Positions 1-11,562 are shown, numbered from the stretch's first letter. The stretch is 64,000 nt of DNA from Phycisphaerales bacterium (GCA_027451365.1 DAIDJN010000026.1:31404-95403); one strand, 5' to 3'. The notes: generated by a model from the letters alone, not told the origin. Numbers and translations: made by a program.

Positions 1-51
1 AGGTGGTCGCCGCGGCTTGCATGCCGGCGGTGCGATGCCCCGGCCGGGCGC

Positions 52-88
52 AAAAAAACGGGGCAACCGGTCCATACCGGCCGCCCCG
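52..88 (-). terminator. Rho-independent terminator downstream of clpC
   Basis: Minus-strand GC-rich hairpin: 59-64 pairs with 83-88 and 67-70 with 77-80, with a 2x2 internal loop and a 6-nt loop. It is followed by a U7 run (A7 at 52-58 on +). It lies about 40 nt after the clpC stop. Confidence 0.65.
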
Positions 89-129
89 CTGGAGAAGCAA
101 TTGTTGTTGCCTGAAGTCACACGCCCTTG

Positions 130-2643
130 TCAGGTGGCGTTGGCGGCCCCGCCCACCGGCGCATCGACCTCCGCGGGAGGCGGCGGAGTTTTGGGGACCA
201 CGGTAAACCGCAGTGCCTCGCCATCGCGGTCAATACGGATCAGCGACACCTCTTTGTATTCACCGCGGAGGATGGATTCTGAAAGCGGGTCTTCCAGATA
301 CTGTTCAATGGCACGACGCAATGGCCGGGCACCAAAGTCCGGGTTGTAGCCCTTTTCAATCAGGAAGTCGTGGGCGGCGGAGGTGGTTTCCAGACTGATA
401 CCCTGTTCCACCAGCCGACGCGTCACCTTCTTGATTTCAATATCAATGATATTGTAAAGGTTTTCGCGGCTTAGCGGCCGGAAAATGATTGTGTCATCCA
501 GTCGGTTGATAAACTCCGGCCGGAAGAACTTCTCAACTTCGCGCAGCAGGCCTTTTTTCATGGATTCAAAGGATTTTTCTTCATCACGTTTTCCGTAACC
601 GAATCCCTGAATGCCGCCGCTCTTGATCAAGTCCGCACCGATGTTGCTGGTCATGATCAGGATGACGTTTTTGAAGTCCACGATGCGGCCGACATTGTCG
701 GTCAGGCGGCCTTCTTCCATGATCTGGAGAAGCATGTTGAACACATCAGGATGTGCTTTTTCAATTTCATCCAGCAGCACCACGGCATACGGCTTGCGGC
801 GAATACGTTCGGTGAGTTGGCCGCCTTCTTCGTAACCGACATACCCCGGAGGAGCGCCGACCAGGCGGCTGACATTGTGTTTTTCCATATATTCAGACAT
901 ATCGATCTGAATAAGTGACGCTTCATTGCTGAACAGGAATTCGGCGATGGCCTTGGAAAGCAGCGTCTTGCCGACACCCGACGGGCCAAGAAACAGGAAG
1001 GTTCCCATCGGACGGTTCGGATCCTTGAGGCCCGAACGTGCGCGACGGATGGAGCGTGACACGGCCTTGATTGCGTCATCCTGGCTGATGACCCGTTTAT
1101 GGAGTTCGGCCTCCAGTTCCAGCAACCGTGAAGCTTCGGCTTTTTCCAGACGGGTCAGCGGTACGCCGGTCATGCGGCTGACAACTTCAGCCACCACTTC
1201 CTCATCGACTACGCCATCCACTTCCTTGGCTTGTTCGCGCCATTTGCGATGTTCTTCATCCTTCTTGCGACGAAGCCCTTCCGCCTGATCGCGCAGTTCG
1301 GCGGCGCGTTCATAATCGGCATTTTTGACCGCTTCATCCTTTTCCAGAGTCAGACGTTCAATCTGCTCTTCAATTTCGGAAAGGTTGGGCGGCTTGGTCA
1401 TGCTCTTCAACCGCACACGGGCACCCGCCTCGTCAATCACGTCAATCGCCTTGTCGGGCAGACAACGGCCCGTGATGTACCGTGTGGAAAGTTCCACGGC
1501 GGACCGCAGCGCCTCTTCGGTGATCTGCACGCGGTGATGGGCTTCGTAGCGGTCGCGAAGACCCTTTAGAATTTCGACGGTTTCCTCTTTATTGGGCGGT
1601 TCCACGACAACCGTCTGGAAACGCCGCTCAAGGGCGCCATCTTTTTCCACGTACTTGCGATATTCATCCAGCGTGGTGGCACCAATGCACTGAATTTCGC
1701 CACGCGCCAGTGACGGCTTAAGTACGTTGCTCGCATCAATGGCGCCTTCCGCACCGCCGGCACCAACCAGCGTGTGAAGTTCGTCAATAAACAGGACCAC
1801 ATTTTTGGCCCGGCGGACTTCATTCATGACGGCCTTGATGCGTTCTTCAAACTGACCGCGGTATTTGGTGCCCGCGACCATCATGGCAAGGTCCAGCACG
1901 ACAATACGTTTGTCCAGAAGAATTTCCGGCACATCGCCGGAAATGATTTTCTGCGCCAGCCCTTCCACAATGGCGGTTTTACCAACGCCCGCCTCGCCAA
2001 GCAAGACGGGATTATTTTTTGTGCGGCGGCATAACACCTGAATAACCCGTTCGATTTCATTGGCGCGGCCAATGACGGGGTCCAGTGCCCCTTCGCGGGC
2101 AAGTTCCGTCAGGTCGCGACCGAAGGAATCAAGTGCCGGCGTGCGGGACTTTGACTTGGCTTCACCCTTTTCGGTGGCTGCGCCGCTGGCACCTTCAGAT
2201 TCCACACCCGCGCCCAGCAGATTCAGCACTTCTTCGCGCACCTCTTCAAGCTTCAGCCCAAGGTTCATAAGTACCTGCGCGGCAACGCCATCGCGTTCGC
2301 GAAGAAGCCCCAGAAGCAGATGTTCAGTGCCGACATAGTTGTGCCCCAGATTGTGGGCCTCTTCAATGGCATATTCGATGACCTTTTTAGCGCGCGGTGT
2401 CTGGGGAAGCCGGCCCATGGTAACCATATCCGGCCCGCTTTTAACAAGTTTTTCGACTTCCAGTCGCACTTTCCGAAGGTCAATGTCCAGATTCTTAAGA
2501 ACTGTCGCGCCGACGCCGGAACCTTCCTTGACCAGACCAAGAAGGATATGCTCGGTCCCGATATATTCATGGTTAAACCGCTGGGCCTCCTGATTGGCCA
2601 GCGCCATGACTTTACGGGCGCGATCTGTGAAACGTTCGTACAT
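130..2643 (-). CDS. clpC: ATP-dependent Clp protease ATP-binding subunit ClpC
   Basis: ORF 130..2718. Two Clp_N repeats ([19 protein letters not shown]...). Two Walker A motifs ([17 protein letters not shown]). UVR-like linker ([16 protein letters not shown]). The longest ORF starts at TTG; I moved the start to ATG 2643 ([10 protein letters not shown]), which has GGAG about 8 nt upstream. Confidence 0.95.
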   Translation of the reverse strand: MYERFTDRARKVMALANQEAQRFNHEYIGTEHILLGLVKEGSGVGATVLKNLDIDLRKVRLEVEKLVKSGPDMVTMGRLPQTPRAKKVIEYAIEEAHNLGHNYVGTEHLLLGLLRERDGVAAQVLMNLGLKLEEVREEVLNLLGAGVESEGASGAATEKGEAKSKSRTPALDSFGRDLTELAREGALDPVIGRANEIERVIQVLCRRTKNNPVLLGEAGVGKTAIVEGLAQKIISGDVPEILLDKRIVVLDLAMMVAGTKYRGQFEERIKAVMNEVRRAKNVVLFIDELHTLVGAGGAEGAIDASNVLKPSLARGEIQCIGATTLDEYRKYVEKDGALERRFQTVVVEPPNKEETVEILKGLRDRYEAHHRVQITEEALRSAVELSTRYITGRCLPDKAIDVIDEAGARVRLKSMTKPPNLSEIEEQIERLTLEKDEAVKNADYERAAELRDQAEGLRRKKDEEHRKWREQAKEVDGVVDEEVVAEVVSRMTGVPLTRLEKAEASRLLELEAELHKRVISQDDAIKAVSRSIRRARSGLKDPNRPMGTFLFLGPSGVGKTLLSKAIAEFLFSNEASLIQIDMSEYMEKHNVSRLVGAPPGYVGYEEGGQLTERIRRKPYAVVLLDEIEKAHPDVFNMLLQIMEEGRLTDNVGRIVDFKNVILIMTSNIGADLIKSGGIQGFGYGKRDEEKSFESMKKGLLREVEKFFRPEFINRLDDTIIFRPLSRENLYNIIDIEIKKVTRRLVEQGISLETTSAAHDFLIEKGYNPDFGARPLRRAIEQYLEDPLSESILRGEYKEVSLIRIDRDGEALRFTVVPKTPPPPAEVDAPVGGAANAT

Positions 2644-3144
2644 AAAATACTCCTGCAAGCCCTTGTAGGGCGGGATCTTTCTATCCCAAGGGATTGTACG
2701 AAGGGAGTGGTCAAACAATCAAGCCCGACCCATTCCATGTCGTACAACCATCGGTTTATTATCGGCCAAAACAAGCGAGAAGGGTAAGGGCAAGGACAAA
2801 AATGAATTTGCCACACGCACCAGGCCATGCGAACCGGCGATCTTCGGCATTGCGAACCACATTCGCGGGCTGCGCAAAAAAACACGCTATTTACGACATC
2901 TGCGGATTTTCCACGCGATTCTTAACTTCTTCCACCTTATGTCATTCAAATGGTTGGACCGCTCGTTGAATCATTTACTACGGCAACACTCGCGCCATGT
3001 CAATGGATACATGCCGTTGTTTTACGCAAAACTTGAATCGATGCAAACGCTTGCCTGAATCGATAATTCAAGCGGCTGGTCGCCCCACTTAAAAATGTGC
3101 CTCGCCAAATGCTCATAAATCTGGTGCTGGATCGATCCGGTCGC

Positions 3145-6100
3145 CTATTCATGTCCCCCGGCCTGTGCGGCCTGCATGGCCTTGATCATATTGATGACCT
3201 GCTGGCGAATTTGCCGCTGAATGTGGCCGAGTTGCTTGATCTGTTTTCCCACCGCCTGCTTGTGAACCGGATCAGCCTTTTGCATGGCATGCAACTGAAC
3301 GGTGGCGGCATTCACCTGATTCTGGACAATCCGCAGCAGCTTAAGCTGGGCGACCGGGGGGATAAGCGGGGGCTTGCCTCCACCACCACCGCCACCACCG
3401 CCGCCACCGTGCTGGTCGACGTGCATCTGTTCCTTCAGAGAATTGATGATGTCCTTAAGCCCCATGATGGCCGCGTTCTGTTCGGCAATCAGGTCTGCTG
3501 TGGCCTGCGCGGTGCCGAAGGTCTGACTTGCGAGTTTCATGTTGCCCGCGATTCGCCGATTCATCCAGACAATAACCGGGGCCTTATCCGCCAGTTTCAC
3601 GCTCAGGCCGTCAAGCAGGTGAATCAGATGTACCTGCACCTGTCCATCTGCCTGTAATTGCAGCATATCCGGTCGCATGATCATGCCACGGGCCTGCTTC
3701 CGCTGCCGGATGGCGACCGCACTGGATTGCAAAGCGGACTGGATTTTCAAAATATGCTGATATTCCTTTTTGATTCCGGCAAGCTGTTGAAGTTGCTTTT
3801 TATTTTGTGCGTTCTTCAGCGCTTTTTGCAATTCCTTCAGCGCGTGTTTCAGATCAGCCAAAGCGATAACCTGCCGCTGTACCGCCAACGGCTGATGCGG
3901 ATGAATCAGCCATCCGGTGGCCTTACCCATCATATCCGCGGCACCATGCAGCCAGGCCGGGGCTTCACCGGTATGCACGCTTCGGGCGGCTTTGTGAGCC
4001 ACGTTCAGCGTGTCAAGTTGCAGGCGGCTTTCATCATTTGCCAGGGGTGCCAGCGCTGCAGCGGACGCATCTGGAGCGGCATGGCCCGTATTTACTTCCG
4101 TCGCCCGTTGCCGTTTGATTAACTGCTTCACCAGTGCGATCAGGGCCTTAAGGCGGTTAATCCGGCTTTGCAGTGACCGGCCCTGTTCTTTTTGCAGAGC
4201 CGAAAGCATTTTTTTCAGCCCCTTTGCCGCCTGCCCCTGGTTGCCCGCCGCAGCCTGCATCCGGTTCAGCGCCGCGTTGCGCCCGGCCAGCCGCATGGCA
4301 TCGCTGATGGAATATTTCTGTGCAAGTTGCGCAGCTTGGGCAAGCGCCTTGGACATGCCCGGGTTCTTAGCGGCAGTCTGTTGTGCGGCCTTATTGAGTT
4401 GCCGCGAAAGCTGATCCATTTTGCCCGCCAAATTACGTTGTTGCGCCGCTAGTGCGGCGGCTTGTGCTTTAAGTTTCGCGGGCAACTGGTCCGGATTCTG
4501 ACCCAGCGTTTGTTTTGCGAGATTTTTCAGCTCCTGTTCCAGTTTCTGCTGCTGATGCAGCAGATGCAGTGTTTTCGCTTCCAACGATGCGAACTGACCC
4601 GCGGCGCCCAGCCGGGCGAGCAATTTCTGCATTACGGAAATTGCATTTTGCTGATGGCCAAAGGCCCGACCGGCATCGGCCTGGGCATGGGCGGCACCCG
4701 ATGGCTTTTGTGCCGCCTGGGCCGCTTTGTCCAGGCGATCCGCGGCATGGGGCATGGTGCGAGCGCCGACGGGCTTCATCAGCGAAGCGGCCAGTGCAGC
4801 CAGTTTCCCCGGAGCTGAAGTCTCAAGATTATTCCGTTTGGCAATTCGCGCAATGCCTGCCAGTGTCCTGGCAATGGAAGCGGCGCGTTGCGCCTCGGAT
4901 GCCTGCTTCTGGCCAAGGGCCGCCAACGCCTGCTGCTGTGCCGGAGTGGTTTTACCCGCCGCGCCAATGGCCTGCTGAATGGATTTGGTCTGGGCGGCCG
5001 TTTCCTGTTGCCGCCTTAGGAGCGCGGCCAGCGCCTGGCGAACCTGCCGCAGGTCGGCGCGCAGCTCGCGTTCAATATCCGCGCGGCTGCGGATGCTTAT
5101 CAACAATCGTCTGGACCGCACCAGCGGATGCACCAGCGTTTTGCCATTGGCAAGCCGACGGGAGTAATTGTCACGCACCTGTGCGAAAATGCTGATTGCA
5201 TCTCCCGGTTTCAGGGCAAGACTTGCAAGTTTCCATTGAAATTCCGCCACACCGTTGACGCTGCGCGTAGCCGGGTCATAATTGACTTTCCGCCATGAAA
5301 GAGGAAACCGGAAAAGTGGCGCGGCCTTGGCCGGCGCATCGACCCGCCCGCCGGCCAGATACACGCTTTTCAGGCCCAGATCATCGGTCGCACGTATTTG
5401 CAGGTGAATAACCGCATCCGGAGACGCCTCCACCGAATGGCGCGGTCGCGTAATGCGAACCTGGGGTAATGCGTCCGGAATCACCTGTATGTTCACCAGG
5501 CCGCCACGGCGGTTTTGCATGGAATCCGCATCGGTCATTATCAGCCGCGCGTTAAACGAAGTACTGGCAATAAACGAAAGCTCCCCGCGGTGCGGGCCGA
5601 TATTTTTTTCCGTCGCATTTAATCCCGACAGCGGCTTTCCGGTAAGCGGGTTGGCCAGAATAAACGAAGGCTTGGCCGCCAGCGGCTCGTCGCCGCGAAA
5701 AGACAGAGTCACATGCGAGCCGACAATCGCCTGGGCGCGATGCGAAAACAGGTCAATGACAGTCGGCGGAATGCCCGCCGCATACGCCGGTGGCATGATG
5801 ATCGCCTGCAGGCTGACAAAGGTCGGACGCGGCACAATCCGTATCGTCGTCGGCGGTTCATTTGAATCATCTCCGGCGACGGCGCGCAGCGTCAATTGAT
5901 GGCCATGCGGAAGAATGACCGCTTCAAACAGATTGCCATGCGACTTTCCCTGCCAGACCATCATGACTGCGGGCAGCCGCCGGCCATTCTGGCGCAATTC
6001 CAGCCAGACGCGCAGATGCGGAGAAAAGCCTTTCGTCACTTTTGCAGCGACTGTCAGGGCATCGCCCCGCGGCCAGATTCTGGGCGGGCCGCTGTTTGTC

Positions 6101-6693
6101 CAGTACAAATGCACATGCGTTTTAAGCGGCCAGGGGTGGTGCCCCAGCGGATCGGTCCATCTTAGCATCGCCAGGCGAGCCCCGGCGGGTACCGCGATTG
6201 CAATCAGAACGATTGCCGCCAGTTCCACCAGAGCAATCATGCCCATTTTCCAGACCGGCTTCCAATTCAACGCGCCGGCGAAATTTAACTGGCGAGCGCT
6301 GTTTTCGGCGGCCGCAATCGCCTGCCCGGCCATGGCGTTGCCCCGAAGTTCCCGCCGCTTGAGAAAATCCACCGCGGAAAGAATTTCATCTTCCGTCATG
6401 GATGCCGATATTTCCACCCGTGAGGCCAGCAATGAATCTGGAATGGGGCGGCGGATGCGCAGGACCTGCCGCACGGCCAGCGCCACGACTGCCGTCGCCG
6501 CCAGCAGCAGCAGCACCAGCCGCAGTATTCCGGGGAAATGTAACAGGTAATCGGCGAATGTCAGCAGGAGAACCAACCACAGAACGGCGGAAACAACCAG
6601 CCCCACCGCATGAAGCCCCAGCATCAGCCGCAGGCGTTGACGCAATTGGGCAATCCGCTCAAGAAGGGATGTCTGGTTCTGCAACATGGTCAT
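3145..6693 (-). CDS. Large membrane-anchored coiled-coil protein, last gene of the MoxR/VWA operon (possibly DUF4175-like)
   Basis: 1182-aa ORF. N-terminal hydrophobic helices (LHAVGLVVSAVLWLVLLLTF, ILRLVLLLLAATAVVALAV). Beta-rich middle region. About 550 aa of A/Q/K/L-rich sequence that looks like coiled coil. G11 tract near the C-terminus. Its start is 15 nt after the upstream gene's stop. Confidence 0.8.
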   Translation of the reverse strand: MTMLQNQTSLLERIAQLRQRLRLMLGLHAVGLVVSAVLWLVLLLTFADYLLHFPGILRLVLLLLAATAVVALAVRQVLRIRRPIPDSLLASRVEISASMTEDEILSAVDFLKRRELRGNAMAGQAIAAAENSARQLNFAGALNWKPVWKMGMIALVELAAIVLIAIAVPAGARLAMLRWTDPLGHHPWPLKTHVHLYWTNSGPPRIWPRGDALTVAAKVTKGFSPHLRVWLELRQNGRRLPAVMMVWQGKSHGNLFEAVILPHGHQLTLRAVAGDDSNEPPTTIRIVPRPTFVSLQAIIMPPAYAAGIPPTVIDLFSHRAQAIVGSHVTLSFRGDEPLAAKPSFILANPLTGKPLSGLNATEKNIGPHRGELSFIASTSFNARLIMTDADSMQNRRGGLVNIQVIPDALPQVRITRPRHSVEASPDAVIHLQIRATDDLGLKSVYLAGGRVDAPAKAAPLFRFPLSWRKVNYDPATRSVNGVAEFQWKLASLALKPGDAISIFAQVRDNYSRRLANGKTLVHPLVRSRRLLISIRSRADIERELRADLRQVRQALAALLRRQQETAAQTKSIQQAIGAAGKTTPAQQQALAALGQKQASEAQRAASIARTLAGIARIAKRNNLETSAPGKLAALAASLMKPVGARTMPHAADRLDKAAQAAQKPSGAAHAQADAGRAFGHQQNAISVMQKLLARLGAAGQFASLEAKTLHLLHQQQKLEQELKNLAKQTLGQNPDQLPAKLKAQAAALAAQQRNLAGKMDQLSRQLNKAAQQTAAKNPGMSKALAQAAQLAQKYSISDAMRLAGRNAALNRMQAAAGNQGQAAKGLKKMLSALQKEQGRSLQSRINRLKALIALVKQLIKRQRATEVNTGHAAPDASAAALAPLANDESRLQLDTLNVAHKAARSVHTGEAPAWLHGAADMMGKATGWLIHPHQPLAVQRQVIALADLKHALKELQKALKNAQNKKQLQQLAGIKKEYQHILKIQSALQSSAVAIRQRKQARGMIMRPDMLQLQADGQVQVHLIHLLDGLSVKLADKAPVIVWMNRRIAGNMKLASQTFGTAQATADLIAEQNAAIMGLKDIINSLKEQMHVDQHGGGGGGGGGGGKPPLIPPVAQLKLLRIVQNQVNAATVQLHAMQKADPVHKQAVGKQIKQLGHIQRQIRQQVINMIKAMQAAQAGGHE

Positions 6694-6708
6694 GAAGCGT
6701 TTCCCGCG

Positions 6709-9156
6709 TTAAATTAAACCGGCCCGTTTGCGAACAATCCATTCTACCGTCAGAAGTGCTATTAAAAGAATCAGCGCAATTGGCTTGTTCCAGATTTGAT
6801 GATTCTGGCGCCACACTGTTTCCAGGCTGCGGTCGGGTATCAGCGATTCGAGTGAGGCAAGCTGCGGCGGCCGCACCAGTTTTCCCCCGGTCAGCAGGGC
6901 CATCTGCCGCAGGCCGGTGGTGTTCACCCGCGGATTGTCAAATTCCATATCCGGTATGATCGCCCGTATCCGCAGACTGTTGACCTTTCCCGGCAGTGTT
7001 CCGGCGGCCGCTGAAAGGGTATAGGTGCCGACGCTCCAGGGCGTAAAAAGCCCCTCAAATAAATGATTCCCGGCACCTACTGGCGAAAGCAGCACGTTTC
7101 CGGCGGTGGTACCCCCGGCAACGGTCAGCCGTACTGAAACGGGCATCTGGGCAGCCAGCGCGCCATGCACTCGCAAATAGACGCGAGCGCTGTGACCGAT
7201 ATCAATTTGCGGTGAAGAACTGCGCAGTTCCAGGCGTCGTCCGCCACCAAATACGCGCGACCGCGCCAGCTCTCGCACCATTTCCAGCCAGTAGCTTTTA
7301 TAAAGAGGTCCGCCATGATAATACCGCCAGCGCCAGGTGTCGTTAATGGCGGAAAACATGGTGCGACCAGCGCCATACCGCCCCATTACCACAAGCGGCA
7401 TCGGGCGACCGTCGATCTGATAACCAGGCAAATTAGCCAGCACCATCGCACTGGGTTTAAGGCCGGCCACCGGAATAAAGGAATACAACGGTTCAAGGTT
7501 GGCCACCTGCCGAAGATTTTCGGATTCTCTGGCAAAAAATTCGAACAGCGGACTTAGCCGGCCGGCCGCCGTCAGGTGCAATTCAAAAGGCCGATTGGGC
7601 GGCGGGGCCATGCGCGGGTCGGCCGGGTTACCTGGAATAATCGGAAGAAGTCTGGCCAGCGGACTGTTGCGATAGGCGAACGGAGAATACTGATGGCCGG
7701 CAATCATGCCGAATCCGCCGCCCATTCGTCCGACGAACCGCAGAATGATTTTATCCTGTGCGGCGGAAAAATAATCCGGATCCACATCTCCGAGCAGAAA
7801 CACATCATACCGGTCCATCTGGGCCTGGGTATCAGGAAAATGGTTGATCGGAAGATTCCCTTCCTGCGCAAAATTGTTATCGGCCGAAAGGAGCAGGCAA
7901 CTGATTTGCGTGGTTTTTTCCCGCATCAGGTCGTTTTTCAGATAGCGGTATTCCCATCTTGGATAGCCATCTACATACAATACACGAATCTTCGCCTTCA
8001 CAACCCGCGTATCCACCGGGCCGGCCTGATTGCCGCGCCGGGTAATCTGCCCCGGAACCGGATCCATCTTCACAGCCAGGCGATAATTGCCGGGCTTTTT
8101 CGGGTGAAACACAAGACTGAATGCGACGCGCTTCATGCCCGGCAGAATATGCAGCGTGCGTGCCAGCAGTTGGCGCGGCTTGCCCGGCTGATTTTTTGGT
8201 GGCAGTTCCAGCAGCCGCACCGTGGTGACCAGGGCCGCGTGCGCACCTGTGGCCTGCACAAAACCGCGCACCGCCACGGGGTCCTGCACAAACGCCTGGC
8301 GCGGGGCCTGTACCTGTTGCAGCGCCAGGTCAAAGGGCGTCCGCTTCTGGCCTATGGGAATGGTGAACACCGGAACCGCTCGCTGGCGGGCCAGCCGCGC
8401 GACCGGTCCCGGCGGCGACCCGGGCGTGGACCGGCCATCGGTCAGCAACAGCACCGCGCTGACCGGTCTTCCCCGCTGTTCATCCAAGATTCCACGCACC
8501 ACGCGCGGCACATCCGTGGAATTGCCCGTTGGTTTGAGCGCCGCAAGTTTCACCAGCAGCGCCGCCAACTGACGTCGGCTGGTCGCCTGTCCCAGCAGTC
8601 GGGCGCGGCTTGAACCGGTATAGACCGCGATGGTCTGCCGGTTGGCCAGGCGGCCCAACCACCCGGCATCCGCCTGCATCAGCAGATGGCTGGCAATGGC
8701 ATAGCGGCTGGGCGGCCGCCCGCGGGCCTGCAGCGGAACCATATGCAGACCGCCTGTGGCATTCGTCGGTGACGGCGATTGCAGCAGATGAATTAATTTG
8801 AGCATGGCCGCATTCTGATAGGTGTCGCGCAGTGTCATGGAAAGGGAGTGGTCCACCCATATTGCCACGGTGCCCGGCGTCCGCACGCTTTTACTGGCCA
8901 CCAGCATGGGTCGCCCCAGCAGCAGCACCACCAGGGCCAGCACAACTGCACGCAAGGTTGCCATGGTTCGTTTCAGTCGCGGGCTGGCGCTTTGTCCGCG
9001 GTAACTCCACCAGCCTAAGGCCGCCAGCAGCGCCATGCCGCCAGCCAAAATCCAGGGGTTTGGTGTCGCCAGCGCCCAATGATAAGACATGCCGCCATGG
9101 TTCGGCCCGGTCGGGCTGAATCCAAAAAGAAAATGTGTGATCCAATCCATCATCAT
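6709..9156 (-). CDS. Membrane protein with a VWA domain (MIDAS DxSxS) and a GATase1-like C-terminal domain
   Basis: 815-aa ORF. Two N-terminal TM helices. VWA signatures: VAIWVDHSLSM (DxSxS), AVLLLTDGRSTPG, VPVFTIPIG. IRVLYVDGYPRWEYRYLKN is typical of BatA/B-associated GATase1-like domains. Operon context. Confidence 0.8.
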   Translation of the reverse strand: MMMDWITHFLFGFSPTGPNHGGMSYHWALATPNPWILAGGMALLAALGWWSYRGQSASPRLKRTMATLRAVVLALVVLLLGRPMLVASKSVRTPGTVAIWVDHSLSMTLRDTYQNAAMLKLIHLLQSPSPTNATGGLHMVPLQARGRPPSRYAIASHLLMQADAGWLGRLANRQTIAVYTGSSRARLLGQATSRRQLAALLVKLAALKPTGNSTDVPRVVRGILDEQRGRPVSAVLLLTDGRSTPGSPPGPVARLARQRAVPVFTIPIGQKRTPFDLALQQVQAPRQAFVQDPVAVRGFVQATGAHAALVTTVRLLELPPKNQPGKPRQLLARTLHILPGMKRVAFSLVFHPKKPGNYRLAVKMDPVPGQITRRGNQAGPVDTRVVKAKIRVLYVDGYPRWEYRYLKNDLMREKTTQISCLLLSADNNFAQEGNLPINHFPDTQAQMDRYDVFLLGDVDPDYFSAAQDKIILRFVGRMGGGFGMIAGHQYSPFAYRNSPLARLLPIIPGNPADPRMAPPPNRPFELHLTAAGRLSPLFEFFARESENLRQVANLEPLYSFIPVAGLKPSAMVLANLPGYQIDGRPMPLVVMGRYGAGRTMFSAINDTWRWRYYHGGPLYKSYWLEMVRELARSRVFGGGRRLELRSSSPQIDIGHSARVYLRVHGALAAQMPVSVRLTVAGGTTAGNVLLSPVGAGNHLFEGLFTPWSVGTYTLSAAAGTLPGKVNSLRIRAIIPDMEFDNPRVNTTGLRQMALLTGGKLVRPPQLASLESLIPDRSLETVWRQNHQIWNKPIALILLIALLTVEWIVRKRAGLI

Positions 9157-9243
9157 CTATTGCCTGTTTCTGCGAATCATGTTTGTTTTAAGTTCGGCGT
9201 ACATTAATTTCATCCATACTGGCAATGCCGCATACGATGCGCA

Positions 9244-11478
9244 TCAGGCCGCTTTTGCCGGCGCAAGCTGATACCGCGAAAATGCCCGCGCCGCCAGCGC
9301 TTCGGCCGCCAGTACCGCCAGCGCCAGGTACAGCAGGTTGTGGCCGGCATTGCCGCCGCCGGCCGCCAGCGCCGGCTGTGCCGCCGCCAGCGATTTGGGG
9401 TTTTCCAGAATATTCGTCTGATGAATCCGCAAAATGGCCGCTACCCGAGCCGCGGGCGTATGCCGCACATCCGCCCAGCGGGCATCCACGTTGACCGCGG
9501 CGAGCGCCGGACTTCCAGCCGGCCCGTAGAGACCGGCGACTGGAATGGGCGGGCTTTGGAGTCGCGGCTGTCCGCCGATGAGTTTTCTGGTAAGGGCCAG
9601 TGAATCATGGCGAGGGCCAGCCCAGGTGCCGGCCGCAAAGTGGGTCGGCAGATTGAGTCTATCCCCCACCCGCAGATTCCGTGACGCTTCCCGATTGGCG
9701 AGCGTATAAAAGAAAAGCCGGTGCATATAGGCTGGAAACGCCGGCTGCGCGGGAAAATCTGTCCATTGCGTATCCGCACTGATGGCCCAAAGCAATACTT
9801 TGCCATGTCCGATGTTCCGCTCCACCAGCGCCGGGGCACCATTGGCGAAATAAAGCAGTGTGCGGGCCACCACACTGGCTTGCGGCCGCAGCACCACATA
9901 TTGCCGGGTCGCCACATCTGCCAAGCCGGTGTGTACACCGCTTTTTTCGGCGGCCAGAAATGCCGTTACGACCGGATTCATCGATCGTGAAAGATCAAAC
10001 CCCAGTGTGCGCCCTCCCCCTGCCTCGCCGGACCGGGTTACGGACATAAGCGAGCCGATCGCCGCGGGCAGCAAACCCTTGACACCGGCCCCCAGCGCAT
10101 CGGTCCATTCCATACCGTTGGTATCCGGCCCGGGGTAAATGATCAACAGGCCGCCCGCGGACACAAACTGCCTCAACCGGCCGGCCAGGCGAGGTCCGGG
10201 GGGCGGCAGATCGCTGAGAACGACTGATTGAAAATGTTTGAGGGATTGATCCGGCAGTTCCAGATCGCCAATTCGCGTCGGCTTGAAAATATTATTCCGC
10301 CGGAACGGGGCCAGCGCCGCACCCAGCCATGCCGTGCTCGCCAGACGGCCCGAAGCCGGATCACCCGGACGGCCGTCCACCAGCAGCACCGGAATATTCT
10401 TCACCGCGGTCGCCACAAATCGGCGGGTATTGTCCGCGGGCAAAGCATCTGGTGAAAGCCGGGCGGTAATCGCCAGTGGACCGGCCAGCGGAACCTTCTG
10501 ATTCAGCAGCGCTTCACCCGTTACCACCCGCCCCGGTGGAAGCGTGTGTAAAACGGTCTGGCCGGCCGGCGTGGAATTCAGGAAAAAACGCAGGACCACA
10601 TCATGACCAGCCGCGGCGGCCGCATTGAAAAGTGCGTATTTTACAGCCAGCGGCTGATTCACCAGCACTACGGGATGCCCCGGCTGTAAATCAGTAATGG
10701 CCATGTTTTGCGCCGAGCGATGGCCCACATCAATAATCCGCAAATGGGCGCCCAAGTGCCGGATCGCCGCCACCAGCGCCGCCAGCCGCTGGCGCAATAC
10801 AGAATGAGTTCCATCAATGGAACCGAAATTGTTTGCCGCGTCATCGGTTATCAACAGCACGGTGCGCGATCGGTTGCGGGTTTTGTTTTTCTTCACGATA
10901 GCCAGCGCCTGCTCCAGACCGGTCGTCAAATCTTCCCCGGCTTGCGACACCTTCTGATTCCGCACCTGCCCGATGAGCAGCGCCGACGGCAATTCGGGCC
11001 GAGGCGCCAGTGAAACGGCATTGTGCGACGCATTGATAATGGCAACGCGGCCAATGTCCGAATCGCTTTGCAGCCAGGCGATCAGCAGCCTTTTAGCGCG
11101 GTGAAACGGAGTGCTCCCTCCATGCGGATGCAGCCCCATGGGATAGGCATTATTCAGCACCACCACCGTCAGCCGTTGTGAATTACCCAGCAGCGGCGCC
11201 AAGGCTGCGCCAACCGGCGTAAACTGAGCAATGGCCGCCGCCAGCAGCAGCAGCGCCAGCACACGCAGCAAAAGCAGAAGCCAGCGTTGCATCTTGAGCC
11301 GCCGCACATTTCGCCGCATCGCGGCCAGCAGAAATTCCATCGCGGCCCAGTTTTTCAGCCTGAACCGCCGGCGGTTAAGCAGATGAATAACCACGGGAAT
11401 GGAAGTAGCCGCGGCCCCGGCGGCAAACAGCCACGGGGAAACAAACGGCAGCAGCGCCAGGGGGATATCCGGGTGCAA
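9244..11478 (-). CDS. BatA-like protein (aerotolerance-regulator N-terminal double-TM domain, degenerate VWA, GATase1-like domain)
   Basis: 744-aa ORF. N-terminus LALLPFVSPWLFAAGAAATSIPVVIHLLNRRRFR matches the BatA N-terminal domain pattern. RTVLLITDDAANN and IPVLLVDGRPGD motifs. TTG start with GGAGG about 11 nt upstream. Confidence 0.8.
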   Translation of the reverse strand: MHPDIPLALLPFVSPWLFAAGAAATSIPVVIHLLNRRRFRLKNWAAMEFLLAAMRRNVRRLKMQRWLLLLLRVLALLLLAAAIAQFTPVGAALAPLLGNSQRLTVVVLNNAYPMGLHPHGGSTPFHRAKRLLIAWLQSDSDIGRVAIINASHNAVSLAPRPELPSALLIGQVRNQKVSQAGEDLTTGLEQALAIVKKNKTRNRSRTVLLITDDAANNFGSIDGTHSVLRQRLAALVAAIRHLGAHLRIIDVGHRSAQNMAITDLQPGHPVVLVNQPLAVKYALFNAAAAAGHDVVLRFFLNSTPAGQTVLHTLPPGRVVTGEALLNQKVPLAGPLAITARLSPDALPADNTRRFVATAVKNIPVLLVDGRPGDPASGRLASTAWLGAALAPFRRNNIFKPTRIGDLELPDQSLKHFQSVVLSDLPPPGPRLAGRLRQFVSAGGLLIIYPGPDTNGMEWTDALGAGVKGLLPAAIGSLMSVTRSGEAGGGRTLGFDLSRSMNPVVTAFLAAEKSGVHTGLADVATRQYVVLRPQASVVARTLLYFANGAPALVERNIGHGKVLLWAISADTQWTDFPAQPAFPAYMHRLFFYTLANREASRNLRVGDRLNLPTHFAAGTWAGPRHDSLALTRKLIGGQPRLQSPPIPVAGLYGPAGSPALAAVNVDARWADVRHTPAARVAAILRIHQTNILENPKSLAAAQPALAAGGGNAGHNLLYLALAVLAAEALAARAFSRYQLAPAKAA

Positions 11479-11562
11479 GTGTATCAGGGCCTCCAGCAGT
11501 TAAACTTTCCTAAAACCATTTTCCTTCCGCTCCGGCGGCCTTGGCCCCCACAATGCGGGGAC

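Noticed and set aside
3032-3072. Inverted repeat CTTGAAT...ATTCAAG containing a direct repeat GAATCGAT x2, between the 1182-aa gene end and clpC
   Set aside because: The stem is only 7 bp with a 27-nt loop and is AT-rich. It is about 390 nt from the clpC start, and I see no CtsR- or CIRCE-like consensus. This is too weak to call an operator or terminator.
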